Source: an uncultured Colwellia sp.
Lineage (GTDB): Bacteria; Pseudomonadota; Gammaproteobacteria; Enterobacterales; Alteromonadaceae
DNA: 64,000 bases
NCBI GenBank assembly: GCA_963974965.1
Contig: CAXBEX010000004.1
Coordinates: 21,978 to 85,977, forward strand
Direction: 5' to 3'
The position numbers and the translations under genes were made by a program. The notes below the pieces were generated by a model, which saw only the letters and a program-made list of their open reading frames with translations, had not been told where the DNA came from and made no database searches. This document shows positions 20,519 through 30,583 of the stretch, one piece after another (positions within the stretch are counted from its first letter, which is position 1; every line of letters starts with the position of its first letter).

Positions 20519-21688
20519 TTGATGCCCATAACCATTTTTTTATTTCGTCACTTAGTAAGCAGCTTAATTTTAGTAGGCTGCTTACTAACACCTGTAGAAT
20601 GCCTCGCGAGTGAAAGCGACAACGAGAAAGCAAAACAACAAAATAGCGCCAAACTCAATGATGTGCAACAAGCCATTGCCAAGCAAGAATCTAATATATT
20701 TAAAACCAATAAAGCACGATCAGCTTTAGAAAAGCAGTTAAAATATGATGATTTGGCAATAGCCAAAGTAGCTAAAGCCATTAACGATACCGAACAATTG
20801 CTAAAAAACACTCAAAATAAAATATCATCTTTAAGCCAAGAAAAACAACAATTAACCTCACAAAAAATAACACAAGAGCAATTACTGGCTAAACAACTTC
20901 GCTCTGCCTATACCACAGGTCAACATGATTATTTAAAGTTACTTTTAAACCAACAACAAAGTGAAAAAATTCAGCGAACTATTACCTATTATCAATATAT
21001 GAATAAAGCGCGGGTCAATGAAATTGAAAAATTTCAAACAACCATAGCCCAGTTAATCATAGTAACCACACAACATCAAAAACAAGTTGAACATTTACAA
21101 ACCCTAAAACAAAACCAACAAAAACAACGCGTAGCATTAAGTGAAAACAAAGATAATCGCAGTAAAACTCTTGCATCGCTAGGCAAAAAATTATTATCAA
21201 GTAAACAACAATTGGCTAAATTAAAAGCGGATGAAGCTAACTTGGCGGCAGCCTTACAAAAACTCACAACGCTTATTCGTGCAGAAGTTGATTTAACCGG
21301 GCTAAGTAAACTCAAAAGAAAACTAACTTGGCCGGTAAAAGGCAGACTTCTTCGAAGCTTCGGTAGTAAAAAGCAAGGCTATTTAAAATGGAAAGGCGTT
21401 TTGCTTGGCGCACCTATTGGCAGGCAAGTACAAACTATTCATAACGGCACTGTTTTATTTTCTGATTGGTTAAAAGGTTATGGGTTGTTAACAGTGATCG
21501 ACCATGGTAACGGATATATGAGTTTGTACGCTTATAATCAAACGTTATTAAAATCAGTGGGTGATCAAGTAGAAACTGGTGAACCTATAGCCCTTGTTGG
21601 GCAAAGTGGTGGGCAAGATCAAGCGGGACTATATTTTGAAATTCGTCATCAAGGTAAAGCAGTTAATCCAAAACTGTGGTGTCGTTAA
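20519..21688 (+). CDS. envC: Murein hydrolase activator EnvC
   Basis: Long coiled coil plus degenerate M23 domain (WPVKG, DHGNGYMSLY, LYFEIR); downstream of gpmI. Confidence 0.93.
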   Translation: MMPITIFLFRHLVSSLILVGCLLTPVECLASESDNEKAKQQNSAKLNDVQQAIAKQESNIFKTNKARSALEKQLKYDDLAIAKVAKAINDTEQLLKNTQNKISSLSQEKQQLTSQKITQEQLLAKQLRSAYTTGQHDYLKLLLNQQQSEKIQRTITYYQYMNKARVNEIEKFQTTIAQLIIVTTQHQKQVEHLQTLKQNQQKQRVALSENKDNRSKTLASLGKKLLSSKQQLAKLKADEANLAAALQKLTTLIRAEVDLTGLSKLKRKLTWPVKGRLLRSFGSKKQGYLKWKGVLLGAPIGRQVQTIHNGTVLFSDWLKGYGLLTVIDHGNGYMSLYAYNQTLLKSVGDQVETGEPIALVGQSGGQDQAGLYFEIRHQGKAVNPKLWCR

Positions 21689-21759
21689 TGAATGAGCATC
21701 AATGACACGGTTAAATTCTAGTAATCCGCAGAAAAGTTACTACAAAAAAACCGAGCCAA

Positions 21760-22578
21760 ATGTTATGCTTCACAATCCTCACTACGATAAAAACTAATAA
21801 AATGATTTCAGCTGTGTCGAAATTTTTATCCCTTATTATTCTTGCTCTCTCCTGCATTTTATATACAAAATTCTCACAAGCTCAACCCGTACGCATTGCC
21901 ATTATAATTGACGATATTGGTTATCGTTACACCGACAAAAACGCTTTATCATTACCCGGTGCTATCACCTACTCTATTTTACCGCATACACCTTATGGCA
22001 AAAGAATAGCCCTTAAAGCCAACGCAAAACATAAAGACGTAATGCTACATATTCCTATGGAAGCCGAAAATGGCAAAAAATTAGGTCCTGGTGCACTGAC
22101 GAGTACGATGAATAGAGAAGAAATTGTAGCAAGCTTAAATGCATCTTTAGCTGAAGTACCTTTTGTTATTGGTATTAATAATCATATGGGTAGCCATTTA
22201 ACACAATTAGATGATCCAATGACATGGACTATGAATTTTTTAAAGCAACATAATTTACTTTTTTTAGACAGTAAAACCAGCCCCTATTCTAAAGCTGGAA
22301 GTATTGCAAAATTAGTGGGAGTTCCAGCGAAAAATCGTAATATATTTCTCGATAATCAATTAACTGATAGTTATATTACTAAACAGTTTCAGTCTTTAAT
22401 TAACCATGCAAAGTCTCAAAAAGTAGCTATTGCTATCGCTCACCCTCATCCTGAGACAATTCGGGCTTTAAAGCGCTTAATTCCTACACTGGCGAAAAAC
22501 AATATTGAGCTAGTACCGCTATCGGCTTTATATTCAACGCTTGAAGGTTACCAGACCCAAGTGGCGATTAGTGAATGA
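21760..22578 (+). CDS. yibQ: Divergent polysaccharide deacetylase family protein (YibQ)
   Basis: IIIDDIG, LHIPME, INNHMGS, FLDSKT, IAHPHPET; follows envC. Confidence 0.92.
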   Translation: MLCFTILTTIKTNKMISAVSKFLSLIILALSCILYTKFSQAQPVRIAIIIDDIGYRYTDKNALSLPGAITYSILPHTPYGKRIALKANAKHKDVMLHIPMEAENGKKLGPGALTSTMNREEIVASLNASLAEVPFVIGINNHMGSHLTQLDDPMTWTMNFLKQHNLLFLDSKTSPYSKAGSIAKLVGVPAKNRNIFLDNQLTDSYITKQFQSLINHAKSQKVAIAIAHPHPETIRALKRLIPTLAKNNIELVPLSALYSTLEGYQTQVAISE

Positions 22579-22593
22579 TGCTTTGAGAAATAT

Positions 22594-22712
22594 CCTTCGA
22601 CAAGCTCAGGGAGAACGGGTTTACACCATTTATCCTGAGCGCGAAGCTGTCGAAAGGAGTTGTCGAAGGACAAACGGACTAATGTGTTTTCGAAACACGT
22701 AACTAATAACTC
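22594..22712. repeat. CTTCGACAAGCTCAG-family REP-like element, copy 2, abutting a heptamer-family remnant
   Basis: CCTTCGACAAGCTCAGGGAGAACGG ... TCCTGAGCGCGAAGCTGTCGAAAGGAGTTGTCGAAGG, then ACAAACGGACTAAT (also at ~14495) and TTCGAAACACGTAACTAATAACTC. Confidence 0.8.
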
Positions 22713-22722
22713 ATGTCTGCCT

Positions 22723-23514
22723 CTATAACTTAATATTATTTTCTCTTATTATTTGATGTAAGTATTTAACGGGAATCGCGTAAGTAATGCCACTCGGGTT
22801 GCTAATAACAGCTTCTTTAGTCGTTTGCACAAAAACCTTATTAATAATACCCAAAACCTCACCAGTTTTCATATCATACATAGCGCTGCCACTATTGCCG
22901 GGATAAGCCGTTGCATCTAATTGATAAACAAAATAAGGGTTACGCATACGCTTGAGCATCTTCAAACTAATTTGCCCTGCTGTTTGTGCTGGCACAATAG
23001 TAGGCGTTACACTGGAAATTATTCCTCGGTGAGTGACAGGATATAAACCTAAAACACTGCCAATAGGAAACCCAGTAAACGCAATATAAGTGCCGTCGCC
23101 ACAAAACTCTTCGCCCGATAGCGTCATCGCAGGTAACGCTGCACCTGATATTCTCAAAATTGCTAGGTCATATAAGGGTGAAGTAACCACAATTTCAGCT
23201 TGTCGAACCATTGCCTCTTTTCCTGAACCAATAAATACCGCCATTTTTTGCAATAAGCTGTCATCAAGCTCAGTAGGTAAAACATGGGCATTAGTTACCA
23301 CATAATGTCCACCGCCAATAACAAACCCGCTGCCACGCAAAGTATTTTGCGGCTGGCTTGTTGGCGTATGGATACCAATACCTACCACCGAAGGTTTAAC
23401 CTTTGCCACAACGTCAACAAACTCGGATTTTGCCAACTCGCTTTTTGCCTCAGCTAAAAAGGCTGAAAAGACTAACATCGTGAAAAACAAAACAATATAA
23501 CGCTTGTTAAGCAT
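22723..23514 (-). CDS. Secreted trypsin-like (S1) serine protease at the edge of the exosortase locus
   Basis: Signal peptide; triad contexts TNAHV, DLAIL, PGNSGS; no PDZ domain. Confidence 0.88.
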   Translation of the reverse strand: MLNKRYIVLFFTMLVFSAFLAEAKSELAKSEFVDVVAKVKPSVVGIGIHTPTSQPQNTLRGSGFVIGGGHYVVTNAHVLPTELDDSLLQKMAVFIGSGKEAMVRQAEIVVTSPLYDLAILRISGAALPAMTLSGEEFCGDGTYIAFTGFPIGSVLGLYPVTHRGIISSVTPTIVPAQTAGQISLKMLKRMRNPYFVYQLDATAYPGNSGSAMYDMKTGEVLGIINKVFVQTTKEAVISNPSGITYAIPVKYLHQIIRENNIKL

Positions 23515-23695
23515 GGTGGTTACCCAATAAAAATATTTTAATTAATCATACTTTACGCAATTATTTAATTATCAGCCATAATTAAATAATATGACTGTGC
23601 CAATGTTTCATTGTAATGAAAACAAAAACAGCGCCGATTATAAAGCCGTAGTTCAAAACCAAAAAAAATATGATAGATTAAGCTATACTCTAGCA

Positions 23696-23751
23696 TATAC
23701 TCGTTCTAGCTAGAGATGCACATTTTTATACCCGTTGGTAAATTGGGTATA
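23696..23751. repeat. ERIC-like terminus remnant plus hairpin
   Basis: TATACTCGTTCTAGCTAGAGATGCA and hairpin TATACCC-N11-GGGTATA. Confidence 0.35.
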
Positions 23752-23824
23752 GGTTATACTGTTTTATTACTGCTTATTTAGTTATACGCTCGCACTAGTG
23801 TCAACATGATAACTTGGAAATTAA

Positions 23825-24649
23825 ATGAACTGGAATAAAAGCCTGCTAAACACCCCCATTATTGGAGATATAACAAAAAAACTCGCCTCGATGAAAGTGA
23901 GTCATGACGCCTACAATATTACTGAGCATTTTACCCAGTTTTTAGAGCCACAAATTGCGATTAACAACACATTAAAAGAGGAAGCGTTCAAAATACGCCA
24001 TAATGTTTATTGTGAAGAGTTAGCTTTTGAAGACGTCAAAGAAGGCGGGCAAGAAAAAGATGAGTTTGACGAACAATCCATTTTCTCTCTGATCAAGCAC
24101 AAACCCTCAAATATTTACACCAGCTGTATCCGCGTAGTAAAGATTATGGAAGAAAGTCAGCTTTTACCCATAGAAAAATTTTGTCTTGATTCAATCACCA
24201 ATGAAGAGCTACACCCAAAACGTTTTAATAGAAATGAGATTTGTGAAATTTCACGACTAGCAGTAAAGTCTGATTTCAGACGTCGTAAAACCGATCGATT
24301 TAAAGGCTCTAGCACTGGTGTTATTCAAGAAACAAATTATTCTGAGGTTGAATTACGTTGTTTCCCTTTTATCGCTATTGGTTTATACATGGCTGCAGCT
24401 ACTATGGCAATAGACACAGGTATAAAGCATGTTTACGTAATGATGGAGCCAAGGCTGGCTCGAAGCATGAAGTTTGTTGGTATCAAATTTCAACCACTTG
24501 GAGACCCCATTGAATACCATGGATTAAGAGCGCCGTACTATATCAACCCTGAAATATTTCTTTCTAACCTATCTCCTGGCTTTAAAAATTTATACAAAGC
24601 GATAGAACATGATATTTCTGATCAACTCAATAGTTTGAAATTGATATAA
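23825..24649 (+). CDS. PEP-CTERM/exosortase system-associated acyltransferase (LuxI/FeeM N-acyl amino acid synthase-like)
   Basis: IRHNVYCEELAFE...EKDEFD, CIRVV, LPIEKFC, CEISRLAV: the R-x2-VY...DEFD...EISR pattern of the AHL synthase/FeeM fold; exosortase context. Confidence 0.85.
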   Translation: MNWNKSLLNTPIIGDITKKLASMKVSHDAYNITEHFTQFLEPQIAINNTLKEEAFKIRHNVYCEELAFEDVKEGGQEKDEFDEQSIFSLIKHKPSNIYTSCIRVVKIMEESQLLPIEKFCLDSITNEELHPKRFNRNEICEISRLAVKSDFRRRKTDRFKGSSTGVIQETNYSEVELRCFPFIAIGLYMAAATMAIDTGIKHVYVMMEPRLARSMKFVGIKFQPLGDPIEYHGLRAPYYINPEIFLSNLSPGFKNLYKAIEHDISDQLNSLKLI

Positions 24650-24741
24650 CAAAAAATCACGAGTAGGTTCGCATTCTTTCTGACCAGCTGGAGTTGACCA
24701 GAATAGGGGCAATAAATTACCCCCTACCTATTGATTAAAGC

Positions 24742-27513
24742 TTACTTCAACAAACTCTGCTTCTTCTCTTTCTGCTTTACGGTTACCGCATTTATCTCAT
24801 CCAAAATAAGCTTAGCCTTTTTGTGCATGTTATTCGCTAACAAGGTCTCAGCAAAATTTAAAGCAATATCAATATCTTGCCCTTTTGACTTTTCTTTAGA
24901 CTTTTCTTTAGATAAGTCATAAGCTTCTTGTGCTTTAGCTAATGCTTCAACTTTTTTGTCAGATTTTAATAACGCTTGAGCATAAGTATCAACTACATTA
25001 GGTATTTGAGTTGTCAGACTATAGGCTTGTTCAGCATATTGTAGTGCTTGAACATATTTTCCTTGGTCCATATAAAGCCAAGATAAATTATTTAACGCCA
25101 CAATATTATTAGGTACTACTTTAATCAGTCGCTCATACTCAACGATAGCCTTATCTTGATGCTCAGCTAAATACATATTAGCCAAACTCAAACTAACTTT
25201 TGGGTTGATTTTATTGTCTATTTCATTCCTATCAGAGTGCTGTTCAAGTAATTTTATCGCTTCATCTTTTTGATTGTTTGCCTCTAAAGCAAAAGCAAGG
25301 AAGGTTGCATTAATACTGTCAGGTTTGGCTTGATACTGCTGTTTTAATTTTGGCACAGCCGCCGCAAACTCTTTATCGAGTAAAAGAATTCGCCCTTCAA
25401 TACCTGCAAGTAAGTTTTTATTGATGTCAAATTTAGCCAGTGATTGGAATAATAATTTAGCGTCATCACCGCGATTATTATTTAATAGAATCTGCATTTT
25501 CACTAAATGAAGCATCACATTGTTTGGGTGCTTTTTAAAAGCGTCATTTAAAACACCCAATGCTCTGTCGGGCGATTGCTTACTAGCCCAGTAGTTAGCT
25601 AATAAAAATACAGGCTCAATATGGTATGTATTCGTTGTATGCCATTTATCTAAAATTGAAAATATGTCTTTACCTTCAGTTTGCTTAGCATTAGCAGCAA
25701 GTGATAACTGCCAATAGCGCTTAGGTGTTTTAACATTTAATTCATAACCATCTAGTACAGAAATCGCTTGTTTAAATTGCTCTAAGTGCATTAATGCTTC
25801 CGCTAATACTACGCCATATTGGACATTATCAGCATTACTTTGCTGAGCTTGAGTGATTACTTTCAATCCTTCTTCATTTTTATGAAACTCAAAGTACTGA
25901 CGAAGCACTTCAATATTATTAGGATGCGCCTTTAGTGCTTGCTCTGTTAATAATACCGCTTGCGCTGTTTCTTTTTGATAATTGGCAAGTTTCACCAGTT
26001 GCGTTAACGCATAGACATTATTAGGCTCTACTTTTAAGCTTTTCTCTAATGCCGCCTTACCTTGCGCTAATTTGCTCTCTTTAAAGAAAATAGTAGCGTA
26101 CAGGTTATAACCTCCTGCTTTATTAGGGTATTCTTTCAACCATTTATCAGCGATGGTCGTTGCCCGAGATAAATCGCCTGATTTAATTGATGCAAAAGCT
26201 AAGGCAAGCTCTGCGGAAACTAACTCAGGGTTTTGTTGCAAGGCTAATTCTAACGTTTCAATACCCGAAGGGTCGTTCATCATCAGCTTTAACACGCCAG
26301 TTCTTGCCGTTTGCTCAGCGGTCATTTCGCTTGAACTAGCCGCATATTTCGCCATTTCTTGTGCTTTTTCAAAGGCACCTACTTCTAATAATTTATAGCT
26401 TAATGTTGATAAAAACTGGGCATTTTCTTTAGTTGTTGAGTCATAACCCGTTAAAGTTTCGCTAATATCATCAATCAAACCTAGCTGTAATTGACTGATA
26501 GCAAGCATTCTTCTTGCAGAATGCTCAGGGGAAAGATATGGCATTAAATCTTTTAAATGGTTATGACTTTGTTCATAATTTTTTAAATAAAACGCACTTG
26601 CGCCCGCTACTAATTTCAAACTAAAAGAGTTAAAACCTGAGCTTAAAGATTGATTAGCATAGCTACTTGCCGCTTCAAAATCTTTATTTTCAAAACGCGC
26701 CATCGCTTTAATATATTGCAAAAATGGCTGAGTTGGCACTTTAGCCAATAGAGTATCCGCAATTTTTTCCGCTTCTTCATACTGGCCATTTTTTATTAAT
26801 GAATCAGCAATAAACAACTGCACTCTACCTGAGCTAGGTTGCAGTTTTAAATATTGCTTAAAGCTATCAACGGCTAAAGAATAATTCTTATCTGCCGTCG
26901 CTATTTGCCCTTGTAGCATAAGCGCATCTGCATTGTTTGGTGTTGCCGTTAAAATACGTTCAACCAATGTCCTTGCATGATCAATTTTTTGCTGTAAAAA
27001 CTCTAAATAAGCACTCGCTAGCATGCTATAACCATCGTTTTGGGAAACAGAAAGCGCGGCCTCAACAGTTTCTTGTGCAAGCGTTTTATCATCTGTGCGC
27101 AATGCAGCCATTGTTTTATAGGCAAGATATTGCGTGCTTGTTGTTGATAACAGCTTTTCTTGAGAGGCAAGCGATAAAATATCTTCATCATATTCCGCCA
27201 ACATATAAGCACGAGCTAACAAAGGAATGACTTTATCTACATTGAATTTTAATTTATGGGCACGCTCTAATTCCTTTATTGCATTTTCTGCATCACCTTC
27301 TCTTAAATAGAGTTGACCTAATAAAAATCTCGCCTGTGCATTTTCAGCCTCAACTTTAAGTGCATTTTTTAGCGAAATAATTGCAGCGCTATTTTGTTTT
27401 TCAACGATCAAGCTTTCTGCTTTACTGATATAGGTTTGCGCTGATTCATTGTCGCTACAAGCAGATATCACTAAAACAATACTTGCACAGACTATTGATT
27501 TTAAAAAATTCAT
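24742..27513 (-). CDS. prsT: PEP-CTERM system TPR lipoprotein PrsT, copy 1
   Basis: Lipobox VISAC, AAIISLKNALK...ARFLLGQLYL..GD...A.KEL signature, ~920 aa of TPRs, ends ALNNLSW...NVVDTYA. Confidence 0.9.
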   Translation of the reverse strand: MNFLKSIVCASIVLVISACSDNESAQTYISKAESLIVEKQNSAAIISLKNALKVEAENAQARFLLGQLYLREGDAENAIKELERAHKLKFNVDKVIPLLARAYMLAEYDEDILSLASQEKLLSTTSTQYLAYKTMAALRTDDKTLAQETVEAALSVSQNDGYSMLASAYLEFLQQKIDHARTLVERILTATPNNADALMLQGQIATADKNYSLAVDSFKQYLKLQPSSGRVQLFIADSLIKNGQYEEAEKIADTLLAKVPTQPFLQYIKAMARFENKDFEAASSYANQSLSSGFNSFSLKLVAGASAFYLKNYEQSHNHLKDLMPYLSPEHSARRMLAISQLQLGLIDDISETLTGYDSTTKENAQFLSTLSYKLLEVGAFEKAQEMAKYAASSSEMTAEQTARTGVLKLMMNDPSGIETLELALQQNPELVSAELALAFASIKSGDLSRATTIADKWLKEYPNKAGGYNLYATIFFKESKLAQGKAALEKSLKVEPNNVYALTQLVKLANYQKETAQAVLLTEQALKAHPNNIEVLRQYFEFHKNEEGLKVITQAQQSNADNVQYGVVLAEALMHLEQFKQAISVLDGYELNVKTPKRYWQLSLAANAKQTEGKDIFSILDKWHTTNTYHIEPVFLLANYWASKQSPDRALGVLNDAFKKHPNNVMLHLVKMQILLNNNRGDDAKLLFQSLAKFDINKNLLAGIEGRILLLDKEFAAAVPKLKQQYQAKPDSINATFLAFALEANNQKDEAIKLLEQHSDRNEIDNKINPKVSLSLANMYLAEHQDKAIVEYERLIKVVPNNIVALNNLSWLYMDQGKYVQALQYAEQAYSLTTQIPNVVDTYAQALLKSDKKVEALAKAQEAYDLSKEKSKEKSKGQDIDIALNFAETLLANNMHKKAKLILDEINAVTVKQKEKKQSLLK

Positions 27514-27553
27514 TTGACATTCCTGTTTTGGGTGATAGTAGCTATGGGGTCAT

Positions 27554-28942
27554 TTATTGTAATAACAGCGCCAATACTTCTTGGGTTTTCTCTTTCATTA
27601 ACGCGACATTACCTTTGGACTCAACATTCAACCTAACCACGGGCTCGGTGTTACTGCTGCGTAGGTTAAAACGCCACGTACCAAACTCCATACTTATGCC
27701 GTCAGTTTCATCGATCACTTGAGCATCGTTTTGATAATATGCAAAAACTCGGGCAATGGCAGCTTTAGGGTCGGTAATTTTACTATTAATTTCCCCTGAT
27801 GAAGGATAAGCTTCAATACGGGCTTTAACCAAACTAGATAAAGGTTGTTTACGTAAACACACCAATTCGGCAATAAGTAACCAAGGGATCATGCCACTAT
27901 CACAATAGAAAAAATCGCGAAAGTAATGATGGGCACTCATTTCACCGCCATAAATAGCATCTTCACTGCGCATACGCTCTTTTATAAAGGCATGTCCTGT
28001 TTTGCTTTGGATCGCCTGACCACCTGCTTGCTCAACAATATCGATTGTATTCCACGTTAAGCGTGGATCATGAATAACTTTACTGCCTTGATTCTTATTA
28101 AGAAAATTCTCAGCCAACAAACCGACAATATAATAGCCTTCAATAAACTGTCCTTGTTCGTCAAATAAGAAACACCTGTCAAAATCACCATCCCAAGCAA
28201 TGCCCATGTCAGCATTATGCTCAATTACCGCATCACGTGTCGCTGCCCTATTTTCAACTAGAAGTGGATTTGGGATGCCATTAGGGAAATTTCCATCGGG
28301 TTGATGATGAACTTTAATAAATTCCACTGGCACGTGTAACTGTTTAAAAATGGATTCAATAGCATCGAGTGTTGGGCCGGCAGTGCCATTACCTGCGTTA
28401 ACAACCAATTTCAATGGCTTACCTGATAGAGAGTCTGGTAATGAAAAATTTTTAACATCAATATACGTTAACAAATGATCAGTATAGGCCTGACTAATAT
28501 CAACCATTGATAGTTGACCCCTTTCAGTTACATCAGTAAACTCATTACGCTCTGCTAAGATCTTAATATCAAAAAGACCGGTATCACCACTGATAGGTTT
28601 AGAGTTTTCACGTACCAACTTCATGCCATTGTAATCAATAGGGTTATGGCTGGCCGTCACAACAATTCCACCATCACAATGTAAATGGCTAGTAGCAAAG
28701 TAAATATGCTCAGTGCCGCACAAGCCTATATCAATAACATTAGCACCGCCGTCCATTAAGCCGTTAGCAAGTGCCAACTTCAACTCTTCACTGGTTAAAC
28801 GAATATCGCCACCCACAACAACTTGTTTGGCGTTAGTGTGCTGAGCAAAAGCACGTCCTATGCGATAGGCAATGTCAGTGTTTAATTCTTCGCCGAGTTT
28901 ACCGCGAATGTCGTAGGCTTTAAAACAAGTTAGCTGTGTCAT
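27554..28942 (-). CDS. manB: Phosphomannomutase (CpsG/ManB)
   Basis: [40 protein letters not shown]. Confidence 0.96.
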   Translation of the reverse strand: MTQLTCFKAYDIRGKLGEELNTDIAYRIGRAFAQHTNAKQVVVGGDIRLTSEELKLALANGLMDGGANVIDIGLCGTEHIYFATSHLHCDGGIVVTASHNPIDYNGMKLVRENSKPISGDTGLFDIKILAERNEFTDVTERGQLSMVDISQAYTDHLLTYIDVKNFSLPDSLSGKPLKLVVNAGNGTAGPTLDAIESIFKQLHVPVEFIKVHHQPDGNFPNGIPNPLLVENRAATRDAVIEHNADMGIAWDGDFDRCFLFDEQGQFIEGYYIVGLLAENFLNKNQGSKVIHDPRLTWNTIDIVEQAGGQAIQSKTGHAFIKERMRSEDAIYGGEMSAHHYFRDFFYCDSGMIPWLLIAELVCLRKQPLSSLVKARIEAYPSSGEINSKITDPKAAIARVFAYYQNDAQVIDETDGISMEFGTWRFNLRSSNTEPVVRLNVESKGNVALMKEKTQEVLALLLQ

Positions 28943-30393
28943 TAATTCGCTCTTCCGTAACGATCTTCAAAACGAATAATATCATCTTCCCCTAAATAAC
29001 TTCCCGATTGAACTTCAATCATTTCTAATGGTAATTTACCCGGGTTTTCTAGCGCATGTACAACGCCTATAGGAATGTAAGTTGATTGGTTTTCACTTAA
29101 TAAGATTGTTTTCTCATCAAGAGTCACTTTTGCTGTTCCTGACACTATAATCCAATGCTCAGCTCGATGATGATGCATTTGCACAGACAATTTAGCGCCG
29201 GGGTTTACCGTTATGCGTTTTACTTGAAATCGCTCGCCATGATCAACACTGTCATATTTACCCCAAGGACGGTAAACCTCACGATGCAATTTTGTTTCTG
29301 GGCGTTGTAGTGCTTTTAGCTCATTTACTATGTCTTTAACATTTTGTACTTTATCCTTATCTGCCACTAAAACGGCATCAGGGGTATCAATAATCACCAA
29401 GTTATCAACACCTAAAGTCGCAATAAGTTTGTTTTGACTATGTATGTAACTATTACGGGTGTCATGGGCGATAACATCACCTTTAAGGACATTATGCTGC
29501 GCATCTTGCTCACATACTTCCCAAAGTGCAGAATAAGAGCCTACATCACTCCAACCAGCATCAAGTGGCACCACTACGGCATCAGCCGTTTTTTCCATTA
29601 CCGCATAATCAATAGACTCATCAGCACATTGTAAAAAAGCCTTACGATCTGGGCGGATAAAGTCTAAGTCTTTTTCTACTTTAGTCATCGCTTCTTGGCA
29701 AGCAGCTAAAATATCAGGCCTAAATTTCTCTAGCTCTTCAATGTAACGGCTTGCTTTAAACAAGAACATGCCGCTATTCCATAAATATTCGCCCGAAGTT
29801 AAATAGGCCTGAGCAGTTTTTTTATCTGGTTTTTCAACAAATTGAGCAACTTTATATGTACCATTTTCCTTTTCGCTACCTTGTTTACTTCCCTTTTTAA
29901 TATAACCATAACCAGTTTCTGCATGTGTTGGCATAATACCAAAAGTAACTAATTCCCCTTGTTCTGCCGCTATTGTTGCGACATCAATTGCCTGATGGAA
30001 TTTTTGTTTATCTCTAATAACATGATCAGCCGCTAACACAAGCAATAGTGTATCTTTACTTGAGGCAAGTGCGTTCAAGGCTGCAAGTGCCACCGCAGGT
30101 GCGGTATTACGCCCCTGAGGTTCAAGCAAAATAGTGGCATCATTACATTTTACTTGTTTAACCTGTTCAGCTACTAAAAATCGATGATCTTCATTACAAA
30201 TAAATACCGGCGCTTGGTGCTCTAATGGCAAACGAGCCAAGGTGTCTTGCAACATGCTGGTATCATTTACTAAGGGAATAAATTGTTTGGGGAATTGAGA
30301 CCGAGAAAGTGGCCATAAACGTGTACCACTGCCTCCGCACATGATAATAGGTGATATAGGTAATTTAACTGAATTTATTTGATTCATCATCAT
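28942..30393 (-). CDS. manC: Mannose-1-phosphate guanylyltransferase/mannose-6-phosphate isomerase
   Basis: [33 protein letters not shown], cupin RPWG...HHHRAEHW. Confidence 0.97.
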   Translation of the reverse strand: MMMNQINSVKLPISPIIMCGGSGTRLWPLSRSQFPKQFIPLVNDTSMLQDTLARLPLEHQAPVFICNEDHRFLVAEQVKQVKCNDATILLEPQGRNTAPAVALAALNALASSKDTLLLVLAADHVIRDKQKFHQAIDVATIAAEQGELVTFGIMPTHAETGYGYIKKGSKQGSEKENGTYKVAQFVEKPDKKTAQAYLTSGEYLWNSGMFLFKASRYIEELEKFRPDILAACQEAMTKVEKDLDFIRPDRKAFLQCADESIDYAVMEKTADAVVVPLDAGWSDVGSYSALWEVCEQDAQHNVLKGDVIAHDTRNSYIHSQNKLIATLGVDNLVIIDTPDAVLVADKDKVQNVKDIVNELKALQRPETKLHREVYRPWGKYDSVDHGERFQVKRITVNPGAKLSVQMHHHRAEHWIIVSGTAKVTLDEKTILLSENQSTYIPIGVVHALENPGKLPLEMIEVQSGSYLGEDDIIRFEDRYGRAN

Positions 30394-30583
30394 TCCATTA
30401 TATATTTCAAGGAAAAAGAATATCTATGCCGTAATAATAAAGCATTTAGCACTTTTTTAAAATGAAATTAAAACAAACCCCTTCTACTTAATATACTGAT
30501 TAAGGTGTATATTTATAGCAATACCTGTACGTTAGAATTGTTTTACTGTTGTTCGCAAAAATACAAGTTAGAAGGAACATGAA

